The notes under the pieces: generated by a model
Told to the model about the DNA's origin: nothing
Seen by the model: the letters and a program-made list of their open reading frames with translations, nothing else
Databases searched by the model: none
Program-made: the position numbers and the translations under genes
In this document: positions 63,345 to 64,000 of the stretch, piece after piece
Layout of the letters: every line of letters starts with the position of its first letter
Numbering within the stretch: position 1 is the stretch's first letter
NCBI RefSeq assembly: GCF_006345805.1
Contig: NC_043000.1
Coordinates: 124,062,001-124,126,000 of the forward strand
DNA from: Octopus sinensis
Taxonomy: Eukaryota
DNA: 64,000 nucleotides
Direction of reading: 5' to 3'

Positions 63345-63716
63345 TCACTTTACAGATCCAGAACCATATCGCAATTCTTTTTCAAATTGTTCTGCAGTAA
63401 ATGTTCCATCTAAACGTTCACAGTCAGGATTGAACACTGAGTATGCACTGGGACCAGTTTTCTTTTTGGAACCAGTATTAGTATTTTTGCAAATAAAAAT
63501 AAAAGCTGATGCAATAAAATAAACAGCTCCAAATCCTATTTCAACAAAGAATCCCCATAAAATTAGCCACAGAATTATTTTGAGAATAAACAAAGCCCTT
63601 GAGAGGGTTACATTCGTGGGGGGTTCAGCTTTCAGTTCAGACACAACATTTTCTTCGTCATCTTCCAGGGGGATTGTAGACATGCTATTTTCATCAAGTG
63701 GTTTAGGAGGAAGGAT
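63345..63716 (-). CDS. SAYSD1: SAYSD1 (SAYSvFN motif domain protein) last coding exon; earlier exons lie beyond the window
   Basis: Hydrophobic hairpin LWLILWGFFVEIGFGAVYFIASAF, then PSAYSVFNPDCERLDGTFTAEQFEKEL; TTTTGATTTCAG acceptor ending 63717; AATAAA on minus strand at about 63299 and 63329. Confidence 0.95.
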   Translation of the reverse strand: MLPPKPLDENSMSTIPLEDDEENVVSELKAEPPTNVTLSRALFILKIILWLILWGFFVEIGFGAVYFIASAFIFICKNTNTGSKKKTGPSAYSVFNPDCERLDGTFTAEQFEKELRYGSGSVK

Positions 63717-64000
63717 CTGAAATCAAAATAAGTATTTAATTTTTAATTTAGATTTCTGTCTTTTCACCTCAAAGGCAACTGAGGATCAAAAACATGGAAC
63801 AATGCTTGCAGAACAATGGAATAAAAAGCACTAGGAATAATAGTATAGTAGTATTGCTTGACACAGCAAATAAATGTAAAATAATAGACATTAACCTAAA
63901 GGGGTTAGAATTTACTAAGAAATAAAAATAGCCAAATTTGGTGAATCTATATCATGGACAAATAGCTATTACAGTATATGTAATTTTAATAATTCCCCAA

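Overview
AT-rich, repeat-dense animal genomic DNA. The SINE, RTE and Helitron repeat families look like those of Octopus (inference from recalled repeat families). Three conserved genes can be reconstructed exon by exon: POLR2K/RPB12 (minus strand, 61 aa), COMMD1 (plus, 3 exons, 192 aa) and the last coding exon of SAYSD1 (minus). There is also an intron-containing tRNA-Lys(UUU). The most unusual locus is at about 15.6-31.8 kb. It is a plus-strand gene with a pyrimidine-tract (TCT/5'TOP-like) start, and its four phase-compatible exons encode an unrecognised 154-aa protein with a GIY-YIG-like signature. The gene is spliced again after its stop codon, and this 3' region carries eight tandem copies of the box C/D snoRNA U16/SNORD16 (guide for the 18S site equivalent to human Am484). 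Most copies are followed by candidate 0-6 nt micro-exons or recursive splice sites. The rest is Helitrons (one chimeric with a helicase fragment, one apparently carrying a Merlin transposase), mariner and Gypsy relics, a 5'-truncated RTE LINE, many SINEs, microsatellites and several long palindromes. All calls were made by eye without tools, and repeat boundaries are approximate.
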